Source: Acutalibacteraceae bacterium | GTDB lineage: Bacteria; Bacillota; Clostridia; Oscillospirales; Acutalibacteraceae | Length of the DNA stretch: 30,665 nucleotides | Assembly (NCBI GenBank): GCA_045580525.1 | Contig: JAZNNZ010000108.1 | Coordinates: 1-30,665, forward strand | Reading direction: 5' to 3' | In this document: piece after piece, positions 26,589 to 30,665 of the stretch | Numbering within the stretch: the first letter of the stretch is position 1 | Layout of the letters: each line of letters begins with the position of its first letter | Notes under the pieces: generated by a model | Database searches by the model: none | The model's input: the letters and a program-made list of their open reading frames with translations, nothing else | What the model was told of the DNA's origin: nothing | Program-made: the position numbers and the translations under genes

Positions 26589-27530
26589 CTAATTCCATTT
26601 TTTAAGCAATAATTGGTTATATAGGAATATAACCGCGCCTATAACAACGCCTATTATTGCGAAGAATACCCATAACATTGCGGCACTCATATCGTAAACC
26701 ATATTGCTCATTAAATTGTATGCCTGCTTTAATACGGGGTTTGTGTTTTGTGTTAATAATTCAATAATAGTAAATACTATAACAAGTAATATTGTATTAC
26801 CTAACATTGGAAGGGTAATGTACCAGAATTCTTCCCATTTTGTAGCACCCTCTACGTGTGAAGCCTCGTAAAGTGATTCAGGAATTGTTTGAAGACCTGA
26901 AATAAACAAAATTACGGGAATACCGCAGGACCAAAGGGTGTTAAAAATGTTGGTAATAAGCTTGGTCATTTCGTTGGTAATGTCTTCGGGTAATTGCAGA
27001 TTTTGCAAAATAGCCGAGAAGTCCATACCACCGCCGCCACCTTCGGTGTAAACGTTGCTGGTTTCACTTGTTACTTGAACAATAGCGCCAACACCACCGT
27101 AAGTAGCTGTTAATTTTTCCATAACAACGCCGGTTGCAATAATAACTGGCAAGAAGAAAATTGCTCTAAAGAATACTCTGCCCTTAAACTTTTGATTTAA
27201 TACCAACGCCAAAATTAACGATACAACAACAATAATAGGTAATGAACGGAAGAATTCACCCAAAGCTGCTGAAAGGTTTTTGGTGTAGTCAGGGTCTATG
27301 TTAAGTATTTCATTATAATGAGCCAAGCCTGCAGGCTCAGTCATCATCATACCGGGTTCAACAAAAACATAGCTGAAGGAGTAAATTAAGGACTGTACTA
27401 GTGGTACGAAGAAGAATAGCAACATACCAACAAGCCAAGGAGAAATAAACATCCAGCCATATAAGCTCTTTTTAGATTCAATGCCTCTAACGTGCTTTTT
27501 ATCTAACTTTTTTAAGAAAGCTTTGTCCAT
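26589..27530 (-). CDS. Carbohydrate ABC permease (MalF/CUT1-type)
   Basis: FISPWLVG..FF..PL..SL.YSF, FRAIFFLPVII, EAA loop IPESLYEASHVEGATKWEEFWYITLP. Confidence 0.94.
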   Translation of the reverse strand: MDKAFLKKLDKKHVRGIESKKSLYGWMFISPWLVGMLLFFFVPLVQSLIYSFSYVFVEPGMMMTEPAGLAHYNEILNIDPDYTKNLSAALGEFFRSLPIIVVVSLILALVLNQKFKGRVFFRAIFFLPVIIATGVVMEKLTATYGGVGAIVQVTSETSNVYTEGGGGGMDFSAILQNLQLPEDITNEMTKLITNIFNTLWSCGIPVILFISGLQTIPESLYEASHVEGATKWEEFWYITLPMLGNTILLVIVFTIIELLTQNTNPVLKQAYNLMSNMVYDMSAAMLWVFFAIIGVVIGAVIFLYNQLLLKKWN

Positions 27531-27543
27531 TTTTACCCCTCCT

Positions 27544-29823
27544 TTACAAAACTTTGAAATCTAATGCAGGAATTGTAACGTTTTCAACAACAGCGGTCTT
27601 ATCTGTAAAGTTTACATATACTGTTTTGCCGTTATCGAACTCTGTTTTTGTAACGTTTTCTGCTAATGTTGTGTGGTTTTTAATCTTTGCAGAAGCAACG
27701 CTTTGTAAGAAGGCGCCGCCTTCATCTAAATATTCTTTAATATAGCCTTTATTATCACTATATAAAGAAGAAGCAAAGATGTTATCATATTGTTTTCTTA
27801 ACTCAATATCGTAGTTATTCATTAATATAAATGAAATACCACTACCCGATTCAATTGCCTTTAAGAATGCCACACGTCTATCAGCAGCATAGTTAATTGG
27901 CTGAATATAGTTTTCTTTATAACCTTGGAAAACTATCTGATATAACGGAACGTCAACATCAAAGGCTCTGTCGTTATTTGAGTTAATTGGACAGCCTGTT
28001 AGCACGTCGCTCTCAACTGCTGCATAGCTAAATGCGCTGTCAACTAAAACCTTATTGTTTTTAGATTGTACTTCTGCAATATATTCTTTAACGTCGCTTG
28101 GCATATTCTTGCGGCTGGTATGTGCATGGTCATCATTATAGTCCGCATATGAGATACTTCCAAGTGTGTTAAATGCTATATTCGAAATATCATATTTTGC
28201 AGCGGTTTCTGCCGCTTTTATAACTGCGTTTTTAAGCTCTTTTCTTGCAATTAAAACGCCTATTCTGCCGCCATCGGATTCTTCAATACGATTACGGGTA
28301 GAAATCATAAATTGTCTAACCTTAACGTTAATACCGGTATTGTTTATTGCGGCATCTCCGTTTTTAGAAAAACCTGCGCCCGATTTTGAGAAGTTAATAA
28401 CGTCAAAATTAAAGTATGCTTCAATACCGTTATCACTTGCAAATTTAACAAATTCGCCCAGCTCATTCTTATTTCCGGTTACGCCCGTAAGCTTAAAGCC
28501 ACCGGCAAGTTTTGAAGCATTTACGCCGCCTTCACCAAAACCGAACATTGTAGCAGAAAGACTGCCGCCGGTTGCATCCTTTAATTCAGAAAGAATTGTG
28601 GTTGCTTGTGCATAGGTTGTAAGAGCTTCTGCCTTTTTATATGGGAAGCCTAAGAATAGTTCATCCTTTAAATAGCTTCCTAAAATTGTAGCATTTAAAA
28701 GCTTGTTTGAACCGGTAACAGAAAGGCCTTCTTTTTCTACAAGGTATTTTTGATAACGCTTGGCTATACCGTAATAGTTAGCATCATCACCTTGTAATGC
28801 ATAATAACCAATAACAATTGGCTCTACGTCGTTAATTTCTTCGGTATATTTATTTCTCCAAATACCCTGTAAATATGCAACGTCGTGTCCACGAACGTCA
28901 ATATAAGCATAGGCTTCAGATACACCGTATTTGCTTTCACCGGCATCTGCTTTAATTGTAGCAAATTCGGCTCCGCTTTCAATAATACCTACGGTTGCGC
29001 TGTTACCTTCTTTAGCGCCAAAGAATGGCATACTGATTGAACTGTTGTTATCAGCATCCTGGTATTTATCAATAGCCCAATCTTCACCGTAAACAGGAGC
29101 AGAAATTGAACGAATAGCACCTGACGAACGCTGGTCTGCATACATAAGTGCACCCGAGCCCGACGGAATAACTAAATAAGAATCTTTGCTTCCGCTTTCG
29201 GTATTTTTAACCGAGCACATAAATGGTGTAATACCAATTGATACAATTTGGTTTTCACTGGCTTCAACTATTTTCTTGGGATCAACCTTAACCTTTACGG
29301 AATCACCTTCTAGGTAGTAATCAACCGTAATAGAGAAGTAGTATTCATCAAAATAGTATGTAACCGAAACACCATTGTCAATTTCTTTTGCGCCTATACG
29401 ACCTAACGTTGAAACCGAACCGCCAACGTTAATGTCTGTAGGCTTAGAATTTAGTGCGAACTGAACCGTTAAGGGAGAATTGATTAATTCATGAACCTTT
29501 TGGGTTTCGTTTAGTTCGTAATAATCATTGGGGTTTGTGCCCCATTTTTTACCGTCTTTTTTGCTAACTAATACAACAGAAGACTGTTCATTGTTCCAGC
29601 CAAGTGTATAGAAATCGTTTTCGGCAATTTTTTCATTGGTGGCAAGTTCATCTACAACGCCGCCAACCTCATAAATTGAAGTGTCATATTCATCGGCTTT
29701 TTCGAATTGTGAACCCCAAACGCCATCGGCCTGGTCTTCGTCCTTCTTTTTACAGCCTGTAAATGCAGTAGCAAGTAAGCAAATTGCCAAAATAAGACTT
29801 AAAAATTTAATATATTTCTTCAT
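27544..29823 (-). CDS. DUF5696-like large lipoprotein of unknown function
   Basis: Lipobox FTGC (Cys24); YLVIPSGSGALM, VYGEDWA, SMPFFG, GYYALQG.DANYYGIAKRYQ.YL, VPLYQIVFQGY, FLKAIESG patterns recalled for DUF5696; typical position between a Yip1 gene and permeases. Confidence 0.75.
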   Translation of the reverse strand: MKKYIKFLSLILAICLLATAFTGCKKKDEDQADGVWGSQFEKADEYDTSIYEVGGVVDELATNEKIAENDFYTLGWNNEQSSVVLVSKKDGKKWGTNPNDYYELNETQKVHELINSPLTVQFALNSKPTDINVGGSVSTLGRIGAKEIDNGVSVTYYFDEYYFSITVDYYLEGDSVKVKVDPKKIVEASENQIVSIGITPFMCSVKNTESGSKDSYLVIPSGSGALMYADQRSSGAIRSISAPVYGEDWAIDKYQDADNNSSISMPFFGAKEGNSATVGIIESGAEFATIKADAGESKYGVSEAYAYIDVRGHDVAYLQGIWRNKYTEEINDVEPIVIGYYALQGDDANYYGIAKRYQKYLVEKEGLSVTGSNKLLNATILGSYLKDELFLGFPYKKAEALTTYAQATTILSELKDATGGSLSATMFGFGEGGVNASKLAGGFKLTGVTGNKNELGEFVKFASDNGIEAYFNFDVINFSKSGAGFSKNGDAAINNTGINVKVRQFMISTRNRIEESDGGRIGVLIARKELKNAVIKAAETAAKYDISNIAFNTLGSISYADYNDDHAHTSRKNMPSDVKEYIAEVQSKNNKVLVDSAFSYAAVESDVLTGCPINSNNDRAFDVDVPLYQIVFQGYKENYIQPINYAADRRVAFLKAIESGSGISFILMNNYDIELRKQYDNIFASSLYSDNKGYIKEYLDEGGAFLQSVASAKIKNHTTLAENVTKTEFDNGKTVYVNFTDKTAVVENVTIPALDFKVL

Positions 29824-29834
29824 TTACTTACCTC

Positions 29835-30665
29835 CTACCTATATCTAATTTCTTGAATGATGGTGCCAATAAAGGTAATCATCTGAGTAATCAGAATACC
29901 AACCATAAAGGCAACGAATACTACAACCGCCATTGCAAGTACTGTAATAATCATAATACCAACGAATTTCAGCATTCCAAATTCGTGAACTTCCATCATA
30001 CCAACACACAAAATTATAATGCTTAATGCTAGACAAACAACGTTTACAACCGTTAAAATTAAGCCTTCTTCGGGGGTAAATACGTTTGAGAATATAGCGT
30101 AGAACACATTAAAAATAACCTGTGGTAAGAAGGCATAACAAGTGGTAATATAAACCTCTTTAAAGGTACCCTTGCCTTCAAATAACGTTGCCATACCCCA
30201 GTTTGCTATTGAGAAGAGCAATATTAAACCTACTGTCATAACAAAGGTATAGGTTGCATTGTATGTACTCTTGTTAAATAGCACGTGCATAAAGCCCGAA
30301 TACATATCCATAGCTAAAGTAGATACAAAGTATAGCACCATAACTATAGTAGCAAGAAGTATTGAACCTTGCTTTTGATATTTAATGGCTTTAAACGAAT
30401 CAAACGGGTGCAGCATTGTGCCGAACATCACCCTTGTGGGTTCGTGTTTAATAAGTGTTAATTTCTTCTTTCTTGAAATAACAAGTAAAGCAATTAATCC
30501 ACCAACTAAAACTGCGGCTACAATAAATATTAATACGAAGTTTTTACTTAGCCAGTCGTTTCTAACAAAGGTAAAGGCATTTGCATATGTTTTTTGATCA
30601 AAACCGTTTCTTGCATATTCCATAGCGGCTTCATAATTGCCTTCAATGTAAGCAGCCTTTGCAAG
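29835..30665 (-). CDS. TPR + Yip1-domain membrane protein, C-terminal part (frame open to window edge)
   Basis: Frame is open from 30665 (LAKAAYIEGNYEAAMEYARNG..., TPR-like), then one TM, HPFDSFKAIKYQKQGS and ~5 TM segments with Yip1-like FKEVYITTCYAFLP. Confidence 0.75.
   Translation of the reverse strand, partial: LAKAAYIEGNYEAAMEYARNGFDQKTYANAFTFVRNDWLSKNFVLIFIVAAVLVGGLIALLVISRKKKLTLIKHEPTRVMFGTMLHPFDSFKAIKYQKQGSILLATIVMVLYFVSTLAMDMYSGFMHVLFNKSTYNATYTFVMTVGLILLFSIANWGMATLFEGKGTFKEVYITTCYAFLPQVIFNVFYAIFSNVFTPEEGLILTVVNVVCLALSIIILCVGMMEVHEFGMLKFVGIMIITVLAMAVVVFVAFMVGILITQMITFIGTIIQEIRYR

Noticed and set aside
418-30597. Numerous 60-150 aa plus-strand ORFs and short minus-strand alternative-frame ORFs
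   Set aside because: All are shadows of well-supported genes, with Ser/Phe/Leu-rich antisense composition and no SD or motif support.
1-30665. CRISPR arrays, IS elements, rRNA, T-boxes or parS sites
   Set aside because: None seen by eye. Intergenic spaces are short and explained by promoters, terminators, the tRNA and the L20 leader.

Overview
A low-GC Firmicutes chromosomal window, most likely Clostridia; an Oscillospirales/Ruminococcaceae-like origin is inferred from gene order and protein style only. Nearly every gene is on the minus strand, and the only complete plus-strand gene is tRNA-Thr(CGU). In the direction of transcription (right to left) it holds: (1) the 3' part of a glycan-uptake-type cluster (partial TPR+Yip1 membrane protein, DUF5696-like 759-aa lipoprotein, two CUT1 sugar permeases, family-1 solute-binding lipoprotein with a QQGG linker; no ATPase or clear hydrolase visible); (2) infC (AUU start)-rpmI-rplT behind an L20 leader; (3) an ~18 kb tightly packed core block: TrmH-family methylase, degenerate dprA, topA, trmFO, plsX, rnc, radical SAM protein, smc, ftsY, rdgB, yhbY, nadD-yqeK fusion, LCP protein, rsfS, leuS; (4) a DUF4364-like gene, tRNA-Thr and a divergent XRE regulator; (5) a YtrA/GntR-regulated ABC exporter operon with a clear operator. 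I found no integrase, transposase, prophage gene or CRISPR array. The best leads are the Yip1/DUF5696/ABC cluster, an intact DprA that has lost its conserved core motifs, the XRE/tRNA head-to-head overlap, and a terminator with a competing hairpin between rnc and the radical SAM-smc genes. All domain names come from motif recognition by eye, not from database searches.
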